Below, in pieces: positions 48,714-57,581 of a stretch of DNA of 64,000 nt. The position numbers and the translations under genes are program-made. Origin of the DNA: Gammaproteobacteria bacterium (lineage in GTDB: Bacteria; Pseudomonadota; Gammaproteobacteria; SZUA-140); contig JADJQS010000008.1 in the NCBI GenBank assembly GCA_016712635.1, forward strand, positions 63,104-127,103, in the 5' to 3' direction. Positions within the stretch are counted from its first letter, which is position 1. Each line of letters begins with the position of its first letter. The notes under the pieces are model-generated. The model saw only the letters and a list, made by a program, of their open reading frames with translations. It ran no database searches and was not told the origin of the DNA.

Positions 48714-51422
48714 ATGCCGACACACCTCCTCCGTCGCTGTGGATCAATTGCCAGGTTTCCATTTCTGGTAGTTCTGGTTGCGCTTTTTCCGGGCCAGGCT
48801 CCGGCGCAGGAACTGCAGATGGACAATCCCGGGTCCATCTCCCCGCTCGGAATGGGCAGGGCATTGCTGGATAGTGGCGAGGCAGACCAGGCGATAATAG
48901 CATTCGAAGAAGCTGCAAGGCTGGATCAGGATAATCCTGATGTTTACTATTTTCTTGGCCTGTCTCATGCCAGGTCCGGACACTTTGCACAAGCCGCCGA
49001 TGGGCTGAGCCGCGCCATATCCATAAATCCCGCGCATATCGAGGCGCGCTATCAGCTCGCTTTGTTATTTGAGGCTTACGATCATCTGGACAAGGCAGTC
49101 GAGGAATATTCCGGTGTCATCCAATGGGCTGGTCCTGACAGTGAGCTTTTCAGATCTGGTGTTAAAAAACTGCGTTACCTAACTGCGACCCAGCATGCCA
49201 AGAAAAATGAACTCGATCTCGCCCTGGCGCAGTTTGATGAACTTGCCGAGGTTTATCCTGATGATGCCCTGATTTCGTACAGCGCTGGTGTGGCTTACAT
49301 GCTCAAAGGAAGAATGAACGAGGCGCGTGATATGTACGAGCGGGCGATTAGAACCGATCCTTCATATCTGAACGCCTATCTGAACCTGGCCACAGTTGAG
49401 GAAGCCCAGGGGAGGCTGGGTGCAGCAGTGGAGAATCTGAAGTATCTCATAGAGGCTGGTAACGGCACTTCTGTGGCTTCCAAAGCCAGTGTCAGGCTCA
49501 ATATTATTGAAGCAAGGATCCTGACACAGGCGGGGAATCTCCTGGATGCCCTGTCTGCATATCGCCGTGCCCTTGAAATCGATCCGTCCAACAATGTATC
49601 GCTTCAGGCGCGTCCAGAGCTGTATCGCCGCTTGAATGACAGGGAGGGCGAGCGTAATGCCTATGAGGATCTCATTGAGCATTATCCGGGTGATCATACC
49701 GCCCGTAACAGGCTGGCGGAGATTTATCTTGCTGATAATCGATATGCGGGCGCATATGATCAAATCCATGCGGTGCTCGATGACCAGAAAGAAGATGCCG
49801 ATAAGGATGTTGCCAGAAAGCTCCGGGACAGGATGCTTTCCACCGAGGAAGGGAGATCAATCGATCGGATCAAAACAGAGGAAAGAGTGGCGTTGCTCGA
49901 AACTCGCATTCAGCAACATCCCGATGATACCGCTGCCTTGAAGGACCTCGCCATCTTGTATTTCAGGCAGGAAAAATACCAGGATGCTACCGGCATACTC
50001 GAGCGGCTCAGTGGTTTGAGTCCTGACGATGAATCCATTCATTTCTCACTCGCCACACTTCACGACAAACTGGGACAGTTCTCGGAATCGGTGCGCGAAT
50101 ATCTGTGGCTGATATCCAGGGTTCGGGACGGGGAGGCGGTATCACGCTATGTGACCTCCATGAGGTTGGCGAATGCGAAGCGACTGTTTATTGAGGGCGA
50201 TCTGCAGACGGCGGGCAGGGAGTTCTCCGATCTGTTGTCGGATGATCCGGAAAATTCCATTGCCTATTTCTACCTTGGTCTGATCTATTCAAGAGAGGAT
50301 GACATCGCGAGCGCCGTGGATGCGTACAAGGAGGTTGTTCGACAGATTCCTGCCCATGTCGGAGCCAGGCTAAATCTTGCCTACAGTTATGAGCGTCTCA
50401 ACAGGGAGGAGGATGCGATCGATGAATATCGGAAGATCCTGCAGGCGAACCCTCCAGGCGGGATGGAGCAGACCGTCAAGCTCAGGCTCAGGAATCTGCA
50501 AAGGCGAATCAATGGTGTTACGGTAGGAGTCGGCTATTCCTTCGCCTACGACAGCAACAGTAATTTAAGCGATATTGATGCCGCGGAGGAGTTGAGATCG
50601 GATTTGTCGTTAAATCTTTCCTATCAATATAAGACGGAGCGTGGATATCGCTGGCGCCTGTCGGCGCAGCCTGCCTATTCCAATTACCATGAAGGGCAGT
50701 ACGACTACCTGAACACCAGCGAGACCCTTGCTGTCAGCGCGATCAGGGACGCGTTGACGCTGGTTGGAGGATACACCTACAGGACTACCGACGGGATACT
50801 GGTAGAAAGCCGGCTGAGTCGCATGCACACCGTATTCGGCGAGGTGCTGTCGCGTGTGAAGCTGCCCAATCTCTTCCGGCGCGGCGAACTGGTGTCGAGC
50901 GGTGTCACGCTTAACCTTTCCTACAGCGATTTCGATTCGTCCAGCAGCCCGTTCTTCAGTTCGTATACAACCGCCGGCGGCCTGACGATCAGTCAGCCGG
51001 CGACGGGGTTCGATACGGTCAGGCTCGGGTATACCTATGTGGTAAATGATAACAAGGAGCTGGTAGGCAGCGATTACGCCTACTCAAGCCACGGGATGTC
51101 CGCCGGGCTTGATCATGTCATGCCGTGGGGCGGCATCAACCTGACCGTGGGGTTTACCGTATTCGACTACGCCAATCTGGATTCATTTTCCCAGTTTACG
51201 GACCGGCGTCGGAATGTCAGAACCAATGTTGCGCTTGGTCTTAACTACAGATACAAGCCCGATATCAGCCTGTTCGCATCTCTTGCGTGGACAGATAACC
51301 GCTCAAACCTCCCGGTGGGATTTATCCTCAACAGCGAGGATATCATCGAGGGACAGCAAAGTTCTTCGCTCAGCGACTACAGCAGGACATTGCTGGCAAC
51401 CGGAGTCAACCTCAGGTTCTGA
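48714..51422 (+). CDS. Large TPR-repeat protein fused to a C-terminal ~310-aa outer-membrane beta-barrel
   Basis: 902 aa. It has a signal peptide (FLVVLVALFPGQAPAQE), about 550 aa of TPR-like repeats, then a beta-barrel-like segment with alternating Y/L/S strands ending ...LATGVNLRF. Confidence 0.75.
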   Translation: MPTHLLRRCGSIARFPFLVVLVALFPGQAPAQELQMDNPGSISPLGMGRALLDSGEADQAIIAFEEAARLDQDNPDVYYFLGLSHARSGHFAQAADGLSRAISINPAHIEARYQLALLFEAYDHLDKAVEEYSGVIQWAGPDSELFRSGVKKLRYLTATQHAKKNELDLALAQFDELAEVYPDDALISYSAGVAYMLKGRMNEARDMYERAIRTDPSYLNAYLNLATVEEAQGRLGAAVENLKYLIEAGNGTSVASKASVRLNIIEARILTQAGNLLDALSAYRRALEIDPSNNVSLQARPELYRRLNDREGERNAYEDLIEHYPGDHTARNRLAEIYLADNRYAGAYDQIHAVLDDQKEDADKDVARKLRDRMLSTEEGRSIDRIKTEERVALLETRIQQHPDDTAALKDLAILYFRQEKYQDATGILERLSGLSPDDESIHFSLATLHDKLGQFSESVREYLWLISRVRDGEAVSRYVTSMRLANAKRLFIEGDLQTAGREFSDLLSDDPENSIAYFYLGLIYSREDDIASAVDAYKEVVRQIPAHVGARLNLAYSYERLNREEDAIDEYRKILQANPPGGMEQTVKLRLRNLQRRINGVTVGVGYSFAYDSNSNLSDIDAAEELRSDLSLNLSYQYKTERGYRWRLSAQPAYSNYHEGQYDYLNTSETLAVSAIRDALTLVGGYTYRTTDGILVESRLSRMHTVFGEVLSRVKLPNLFRRGELVSSGVTLNLSYSDFDSSSSPFFSSYTTAGGLTISQPATGFDTVRLGYTYVVNDNKELVGSDYAYSSHGMSAGLDHVMPWGGINLTVGFTVFDYANLDSFSQFTDRRRNVRTNVALGLNYRYKPDISLFASLAWTDNRSNLPVGFILNSEDIIEGQQSSSLSDYSRTLLATGVNLRF

Positions 51423-51442
51423 GGCCGGCGCGTACGCCTCGC

Positions 51443-52189
51443 CTAATCGCGCAGCGCGTTAAACGCGGTTACTGCCCAGGCAAGGGTGGCGCCCGCGAAG
51501 ACCAGCATCACGACAAATCCCTTTACGTAAAGGCTCAGGTCGGGAGAGCTGGAGATCACGGCACGCACCGCCTCAACGGCGTAGGTAATCGGGTTGAGGA
51601 CCGAGGCATATTGTATCCAGTCCGGCATGAACTGTTCGGGCACCAGGGCGGAGGAGAAAAACATCAGCGGCAGGGTCATCATGTTTCCGATCATAACGAG
51701 GGGCTCCTCGCGTTGAAGGGTGATGGCGAAGCCGTTGGACAGCGCAGCGAAACCGACCCCCAGAAGAAAGACTACCAGCATGCCGAGCACCAGGTAAATG
51801 GGGTTGAAGTTGATCGAGGAACCCATGGCCCATGCGACGATCAGGATGATGATGGCCTGCGCGATCACCTGAACGGCTGAATGGAGCACCCGGCTCAGTA
51901 CAATCGCAACGCGCGAGACGGGGGAGACCAGCATCTTGTCCACCGTTCCCGCCGAGATTTCCCTCAGCAGGCTTACACCGGACCAGGAGGACCCGAACAG
52001 CACCGTCATGATGAGGATTCCCGGTACCATGAAATCCATGTAGTGTTCCGACTGCACGAAGCGCCCGAACAGCTGGCCGAAGATGATCAGCCAGATCAGC
52101 GGCTGGATCAGGGTGAACAAGGTCCACATGGGCATCCGCAGCGTGATGATCATGTACTTGTTGAACAGGTGCCACGTGTCCGCCATCAT
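51443..52189 (-). CDS. ABC-2 type exporter permease
   Basis: 248 aa with six predicted TM segments and the ABC-2 family pattern (TLRMPMWTLFTLIQPLIWL...). It lies immediately downstream of the ATPase gene. Confidence 0.85.
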   Translation of the reverse strand: MMADTWHLFNKYMIITLRMPMWTLFTLIQPLIWLIIFGQLFGRFVQSEHYMDFMVPGILIMTVLFGSSWSGVSLLREISAGTVDKMLVSPVSRVAIVLSRVLHSAVQVIAQAIIILIVAWAMGSSINFNPIYLVLGMLVVFLLGVGFAALSNGFAITLQREEPLVMIGNMMTLPLMFFSSALVPEQFMPDWIQYASVLNPITYAVEAVRAVISSSPDLSLYVKGFVVMLVFAGATLAWAVTAFNALRD

Positions 52190-52248
52190 GACTTGATGCT
52201 CCGGTACGAAATCTAGAGAGAATGCAGGATGTAAATGTCGCGGCTTAT

Positions 52249-53787
52249 TCAGCCGCGTTCTTTCTTGGTTGGGTCTTGTGACCAGTCCGCCTTGGCCTTG
52301 CCATTTTCATCGACCCATTCATTGCCTTTCCAGTCGGAAGAGTCGCCCCAATTACCGATTTGTTCGCCTTTCTTGCCGACCCACTGATTTCCCTGCCACT
52401 CGCCGGCTGAAGTTTTATTGTCGGCAATGTCCGTCGCAGGGCCGGAGGGTATTCCGGCGGCCTGTTTTGGCTGGTTTTCCCAGTTGTCCTTGGGTTTTCC
52501 GCCCTTGTCGACCCATTCATTGCCTTTCCAGTCGGGTGAAGCGCCCCAGTCGCCTTTTTGCGCGCCGTCCTTGCCCACCCATTCATTGCCCTGCCAGGAC
52601 TCCGCCTCGGCGGGTGCCGCGGCAGTGGTGTCGCTGGTATTTTCGTTCAGGTCGACCTTGGGTTTGCCATCCTTGTCCACCCACTCATTGCCCTGCCAGT
52701 CGGGATTTTCGGCGTCGGCGTCGTAGCCCCACTTCTTGGCCGTCTTCTTCCAGTTGCCACCGCCGCCCTTGCCGGCCCACTGCGTCCACCACTGTTCCGG
52801 TTCTTCCTCGCCCGTTTCGACCATGCTGGTGCCGGTGTACTTGAGAAATACATCGTCCAGCGTCGGGCGCGCAAGCGAGAGGGTTTTGACGTGGATGTCG
52901 CGATGCGCCGCCTGCTCCATGATCTGGGGCACGCATCCGGCGCCATTCTCGACGTACAGGTGCAGATTGTTCCCGTCCCATACCGCGTCACGTACCAGGC
53001 GGGTCTCCTTCAGGGTCGAGGCGAGGGCACGCTCGCCGTCTCCGACTGTTTCAAAGGACACCACTACGGAATCGCCGTGTATTCCGGTCTTCAGTTCTTC
53101 CGGCGTTCCCACAATGCGGATCTTGCCTGCGTTGATGATCGATACCCAGTACGAGAGCTTGTCCGCCTCTTCCAGATAGTGGGTGGTGAGCAGGATGGTC
53201 AGGCCGAAATTCCTGTTGAGCTCCTCGATGTGTTTCCAGAGAATCTTGCGGCTCCTGATGTCGAGACCGAGCGTAGGCTCATCCAGATAGAGGATTTTCG
53301 GGCGATGGATCAGGGCGGTTGCGATATCGAGCTTTCTCGTCATGCCGCCAGAGTAGGCGGTCACCGTCTTGTCGAGGCTGTCACTGAGCTCGAAGTACTC
53401 GGCAAGTTCTTCGATGCGCGCCTTGATATCGGCCTTCTTCATACGGTAGAGCTGGCCCTGCAGGGTCATGTTCTCCCTGCCGGTGAGGAAGTAGTCGACG
53501 CCCGTCTTCTGCGCCACCACCCCGATCGTCTGCCGCACCTTCTCCGGGTCGATGTCCACGTCGATGCCGCCGACCAGGGCCTGGCCTGAATCGAAGCCGC
53601 TCAGCGTGGACAGAACGCGTATGGTGGTCGATTTCCCCGCCCCGTTCGGGCCCAGCAGGGCCATGATCTCGCCTTCCTTCACGCTGAGGTCGAGACCGTT
53701 GACCGCGCGCAGGTTCGGCGGGTAGATCTTGGTGAGTTGTTTGACGAAGATTGCGTATTTATCGGACATAGGAAATGATGCCGTCAT
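52249..53787 (-). CDS. ABC-2 system ATPase (DrrA/CcmA-like) with a ~185-aa Trp-rich repeat C-terminal extension
   Basis: Walker A GPNGAGKST, signature YSGGMTRK, Walker B ILYLDEPT and H-loop TTHY in residues 1-~320. A tail follows with five W(Q/K)GN(E/Q)WV.K.G..K repeats. The start may be the ATG at 53769. Confidence 0.88.
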   Translation of the reverse strand: MTASFPMSDKYAIFVKQLTKIYPPNLRAVNGLDLSVKEGEIMALLGPNGAGKSTTIRVLSTLSGFDSGQALVGGIDVDIDPEKVRQTIGVVAQKTGVDYFLTGRENMTLQGQLYRMKKADIKARIEELAEYFELSDSLDKTVTAYSGGMTRKLDIATALIHRPKILYLDEPTLGLDIRSRKILWKHIEELNRNFGLTILLTTHYLEEADKLSYWVSIINAGKIRIVGTPEELKTGIHGDSVVVSFETVGDGERALASTLKETRLVRDAVWDGNNLHLYVENGAGCVPQIMEQAAHRDIHVKTLSLARPTLDDVFLKYTGTSMVETGEEEPEQWWTQWAGKGGGGNWKKTAKKWGYDADAENPDWQGNEWVDKDGKPKVDLNENTSDTTAAAPAEAESWQGNEWVGKDGAQKGDWGASPDWKGNEWVDKGGKPKDNWENQPKQAAGIPSGPATDIADNKTSAGEWQGNQWVGKKGEQIGNWGDSSDWKGNEWVDENGKAKADWSQDPTKKERG

Positions 53788-54064
53788 CTTTCCCCGGGAG
53801 GCGGGCGCAGTCTGCTGCCAGACGCCGGATACGGTCAGCGGCGGTAGCAGCAGAACTCAAAACGCCGGGTCTGCCCCGTGACGCGGGGTCTCATTTATCG
53901 AAATTCTTGCCGATTCATCAGCCCGGCTGGCAGCTTAGAGTTTGCTACAATCAGCCGAACCGGGAATCGCCATTGTAACGTATCGGCGGGGTTTTTGCCC
54001 GCAAAATTTATCGACCGGCCGGCTGCACAAGGTGCGGAACGAGGGCCAGGAGGACATGAGCGGG

Positions 54065-55096
54065 ATGCGGGTCATCGGCATAGAGACTTCCTGCGATGAA
54101 AGTGGCGCCGCCATCTATGACGCCCGCGAGGGGCTGCTCGCCCAGAGCATCTACAGCCAGTGCCGCATGCATGCCGAATATGCCGGTGTCGTGCCTGAGC
54201 TCGCGTCCCGCGACCATGTGCGCAAGCTCCTGCCCCTGGTCGGCGAGGTGATGCGCGCTGCCGGGACCGGGTGGGATCGGATCGATGGCATCGCATATAC
54301 CGCCGGCCCCGGCCTGACCGGCGCATTGCTCGTCGGCGCGGCCCTGGGCCGCAGCCTGGCGTGGTCCAGGGGGCTGCCGGCGCTGGCCGTGCATCACATG
54401 GAGGGGCACCTGCTGGCGGCCCTGCTGGAGAAGCCTGCGCCGGCCTACCCGTTTGTCGCCCTGCTGGTCTCAGGCGGGCATACCCTGCTGGTCAAGGTCA
54501 TGGGGGCCGGACGCTATGAAATCCTCGGAGAGACGCTGGACGATGCCGTCGGGGAGGCCTTCGACAAGACAGCCACCCTGCTTGGCCTGCCCTATCCCGG
54601 AGGGCCGGCGCTGGAGAGTATGGCGCGGGAAGGAGATCCCGTGCGCTTCAGATTTCCCCGCCCCATGGTGGACCGGCCCGGCCTCGAGTTCAGTTTCAGC
54701 GGGCTGAAAACCTTCGCCGCGAACACGATCGGCGAATATCGGCACGTCGCCGGCCAGTCTCGCCTGCGCGCGGATGTGGCGCGGGCATTCCAGGACGCCG
54801 TGGTCGATACGCTCGCCATCAAATGCCGGCGCGCCTTGCGCGCCACGCGCCTGAACCGCCTCGTCGTGGCAGGCGGCGTGGGCGCCAATCAGGCATTGCG
54901 TCAGAGACTGGCGGAGTTGGCGCGGGAAGAAGGCGGAGAAGTATTCTTCCCGCGTGCAGAATTCTGCACCGACAACGGCGCCATGATCGCATTCGTCGGA
55001 TGTCTGCGCCTGCAGTCGGGAGAATGGACGCAGGGCGGATTCGATGTCAGGGCGCGGTGGCCGCTCGATGCCCTGGAGGCCATCGCCGCGGAATAA
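54065..55096 (+). CDS. tsaD: tRNA N6-adenosine threonylcarbamoyltransferase
   Basis: [26 protein letters not shown] and VAGGVGAN. The ATG at 54065 lies 10 nt after GGAGGA; the ORF is open from 53942. Confidence 0.95.
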   Translation: MRVIGIETSCDESGAAIYDAREGLLAQSIYSQCRMHAEYAGVVPELASRDHVRKLLPLVGEVMRAAGTGWDRIDGIAYTAGPGLTGALLVGAALGRSLAWSRGLPALAVHHMEGHLLAALLEKPAPAYPFVALLVSGGHTLLVKVMGAGRYEILGETLDDAVGEAFDKTATLLGLPYPGGPALESMAREGDPVRFRFPRPMVDRPGLEFSFSGLKTFAANTIGEYRHVAGQSRLRADVARAFQDAVVDTLAIKCRRALRATRLNRLVVAGGVGANQALRQRLAELAREEGGEVFFPRAEFCTDNGAMIAFVGCLRLQSGEWTQGGFDVRARWPLDALEAIAAE

Positions 55097-55147
55097 GGTA
55101 TGGATGTTTTATCCCGGCGCCCACTCCTGCGCCTCCGGCAGCGCGAA

Positions 55148-55732
55148 TCATTTTCTCCCGACCCTGGGCTCCGCGCCGCGCAGCAGATTTCGAATGTTGC
55201 TGCGGTGGCGCCACAGCAGGGTCGCGCTCATGATCATAACGACCGTGACGTAAGCTGGCGCATTCATCCAGACGATCACCGGCGCGGCGAGCGCCGCGCA
55301 TATCGCGGCGAGCGACGAGTACTTGAAGACCAGCGCGGTCACGATCCAGACGGACAGGATCGCGAGTCCCGACGGCCAGGAGAGGCCGAGGATCACGCCG
55401 AGCGCAGTCGCCACACCCTTGCCGCCCTTGAAGCCGAAGAAAACCGGGAAGATGTGGCCGGTGAAGGCAAGCAGCCCGACGATGCCGACGGTCAGGGGTT
55501 GCAGCGAGAGAAACAGCGCCGCCAGCACTGGAATCAGCCCCTTGAGCAGGTCCCCCAGCAGCACGATGGCGGCCAGTCCCTTGCCGCCGAAGCGCAGTAC
55601 GTTGGTGGCGCCCGGATTGCCGGACCCCTGTGTGCGTGGATCCGGAAGTCCGCTGAGCTTGCAGGCGATTACGGCAGTCGACAGGGATCCCAGCAGGTAA
55701 GCGGACAGGGCAACGCAGATGTCGATGATCAT
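55148..55732 (-). CDS. plsY: Glycerol-3-phosphate acyltransferase PlsY
   Basis: 194 aa with YLLGS, GSGNPGATNV, FKGGKGVAT and multiple TM segments. Confidence 0.93.
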   Translation of the reverse strand: MIIDICVALSAYLLGSLSTAVIACKLSGLPDPRTQGSGNPGATNVLRFGGKGLAAIVLLGDLLKGLIPVLAALFLSLQPLTVGIVGLLAFTGHIFPVFFGFKGGKGVATALGVILGLSWPSGLAILSVWIVTALVFKYSSLAAICAALAAPVIVWMNAPAYVTVVMIMSATLLWRHRSNIRNLLRGAEPRVGRK

Positions 55733-55854
55733 GGACGTGTGTTAGCATCCTCGTTCGTGGGGCTTACTATAATCGAGAACGCCACCGGCAAGATACCTGG
55801 CCCGTAGCGCGCGGCGCCGGTCCCCGATCTGGCCGGACGGGCAGGGCGAAGGCA

Positions 55855-56211
55855 ATGGACACCATCTACCTGAGCGATCTCAAGATCGACACCGTGATCG
55901 GCATCTTCGAATGGGAGCGGCGCGTCAAACAGACCGTGAGTATCGATCTCGAGATGTCCACCGACGTGGCCCGTGCAGCGAGGACCGATTCGATCGACGA
56001 TGCGCTGGATTACAAGGCCGTCGCCAAGGCGGTGATCGAGTTCGTGGAAAACAGCAGTTTTCAGCTCGTCGAGACGCTGGCGGAGCGCGTGGCGGAGCTC
56101 ATCATCCGTCAGTTCGGCGTGGTGCAGGTGCGCCTGCGGGTTAACAAGCGGGGCGCAATCCGCGGTGCGCGCGATGTCGGGGTGATGATCGAGCGGACCC
56201 GGTCTGCCTGA
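55855..56211 (+). CDS. folB: Dihydroneopterin aldolase
   Basis: 118 aa with IGIFEWER..KQ.V.IDLE and DYKAV....EFVE...F.L.ETLAE. Confidence 0.9.
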   Translation: MDTIYLSDLKIDTVIGIFEWERRVKQTVSIDLEMSTDVARAARTDSIDDALDYKAVAKAVIEFVENSSFQLVETLAERVAELIIRQFGVVQVRLRVNKRGAIRGARDVGVMIERTRSA

Positions 56212-56213
56212 GC

Positions 56214-56702
56214 ATGGCGCGGGTCTACGTCAGTATCGGCAGTAACATCGATCGCGCCGCGAATATCCGTGCGGGCGTCGCGCGCTTGCGCGCGCGCTAC
56301 GATGCTGTCGTCCTGTCTACCGTGTACGAAACCCGTGCGGTCGGCTTCGACGGCGACGATTTTTACAACATGGCGGCCGGTTTCGATACGGAGCGGGATG
56401 TGCGCGGTGTCGCCGCGGAGCTGCGCGAGATCGAGCGCGACGCGGGAAGGGGCCGCAGCGCGGAACGTTTCGTCGCGCGCACGCTCGATCTCGATCTGCT
56501 CCTCTACGACGAACTGGTGCTCGACGAGGACGGCATCAAGCTGCCGCGCGACGAAATACTCAGCTATGCCTTCATGCTCGGTCCGCTCGCCGAGATCGCC
56601 GGCGACATGCGTCATCCGGTGCTGGGCACGAGGATCGACGAGTTGTGGCAGGGATTCGCCCGGACCGGACAGGAGCTCAAGCCGGTGAAGTTTCAGTGGT
56701 GA
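56214..56702 (+). CDS. folK: 2-amino-4-hydroxy-6-hydroxymethyldihydropteridine diphosphokinase
   Basis: 162 aa with VYVSIGSN, FYN, RTLDLDLLLY and LPRDEIL.YAF.L.PL.EI. Confidence 0.9.
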   Translation: MARVYVSIGSNIDRAANIRAGVARLRARYDAVVLSTVYETRAVGFDGDDFYNMAAGFDTERDVRGVAAELREIERDAGRGRSAERFVARTLDLDLLLYDELVLDEDGIKLPRDEILSYAFMLGPLAEIAGDMRHPVLGTRIDELWQGFARTGQELKPVKFQW

Positions 56703-56733
56703 CCGGCGTGGAATGTCTGCGGCTGTGCCGGTG

Positions 56734-57489
56734 TCAGGTATAGAGCGAACGGCCGCCGTCGACGGCGATCACCTCGCCGCTGATGTAGGCCGCATCGCGC
56801 GCCAGGAACAGTACCGCGCGGGCGATGTCGTCCGGGGTTCCTTGGCGTTTGAGGGCGGTGCGGGCGATGATCTCCTGCTTCCCCGGGTCGTCAACGCCGT
56901 GTTCCGGCCAGAGAATGGCGCCGGGGGCGACGGCATTGACGCGCACCCGGGGGCCGAGTTCACGCGCGAGCGACTTGGTGAGCATGACCAGCCCAGCCTT
57001 GGCGATGCTGTAGACGCAGTAGCCCTTGAGGGGGCGTTCGGCGTGGATATCGGCGATGTTGATGATGCATCCGCCGGTGTCCGCGAGCGCAGGTGCGGCA
57101 GCCTGGGACAGGAACAGCGGCGCCTTGAGGTTGCTGTCGATCAGTGCGTTCCAGTGCGCTTCAGTGATGGATCCCAGTGCGGTCGGAAAGAAGCTCGAGG
57201 CATTGTTCACCAATACATCGAGCCGGCCCCAGATCGCCAGGGTCCGGTCGATGATGGTCGGGAGTGCTTCGATGCGCTGCAGGTCGCCCTGCACCAGTGC
57301 GGCGGAGTGCGCCCGGGCATGATTCAGCCGCCGTTCGAGATCATTCGCCGCTTGCGCGGAGGAGCGGTAATGCAAGACAACATTCATGCCCTGATCGTGC
57401 AGCGCGCACGCGATGGCCGCGCCGATGCGGTGGGCGGCGCCGGTAACGAGCGCCACCTTGCCTGCAATGTCCGCGCTGTCATTCGTCAT
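56734..57489 (-). CDS. Short-chain dehydrogenase/reductase, pteridine reductase (FolM/PTR1)-like
   Basis: KVALVTGAAHRIG cofactor motif, NNAS, Y..SK catalytic pair (YSIAKAG). It lies adjacent to folBK. The ATG at 57489 is chosen as the start. Confidence 0.75.
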   Translation of the reverse strand: MTNDSADIAGKVALVTGAAHRIGAAIACALHDQGMNVVLHYRSSAQAANDLERRLNHARAHSAALVQGDLQRIEALPTIIDRTLAIWGRLDVLVNNASSFFPTALGSITEAHWNALIDSNLKAPLFLSQAAAPALADTGGCIINIADIHAERPLKGYCVYSIAKAGLVMLTKSLARELGPRVRVNAVAPGAILWPEHGVDDPGKQEIIARTALKRQGTPDDIARAVLFLARDAAYISGEVIAVDGGRSLYT

Positions 57490-57581
57490 ACTGGCATGCG
57501 TGAAGTGCGGGCGCCGGGCCCTTCCGTCGGGCGATCTTATCACGAGAGCCGCCGCGTGCGTGCGTCCCTCGCCGCCGGTTC

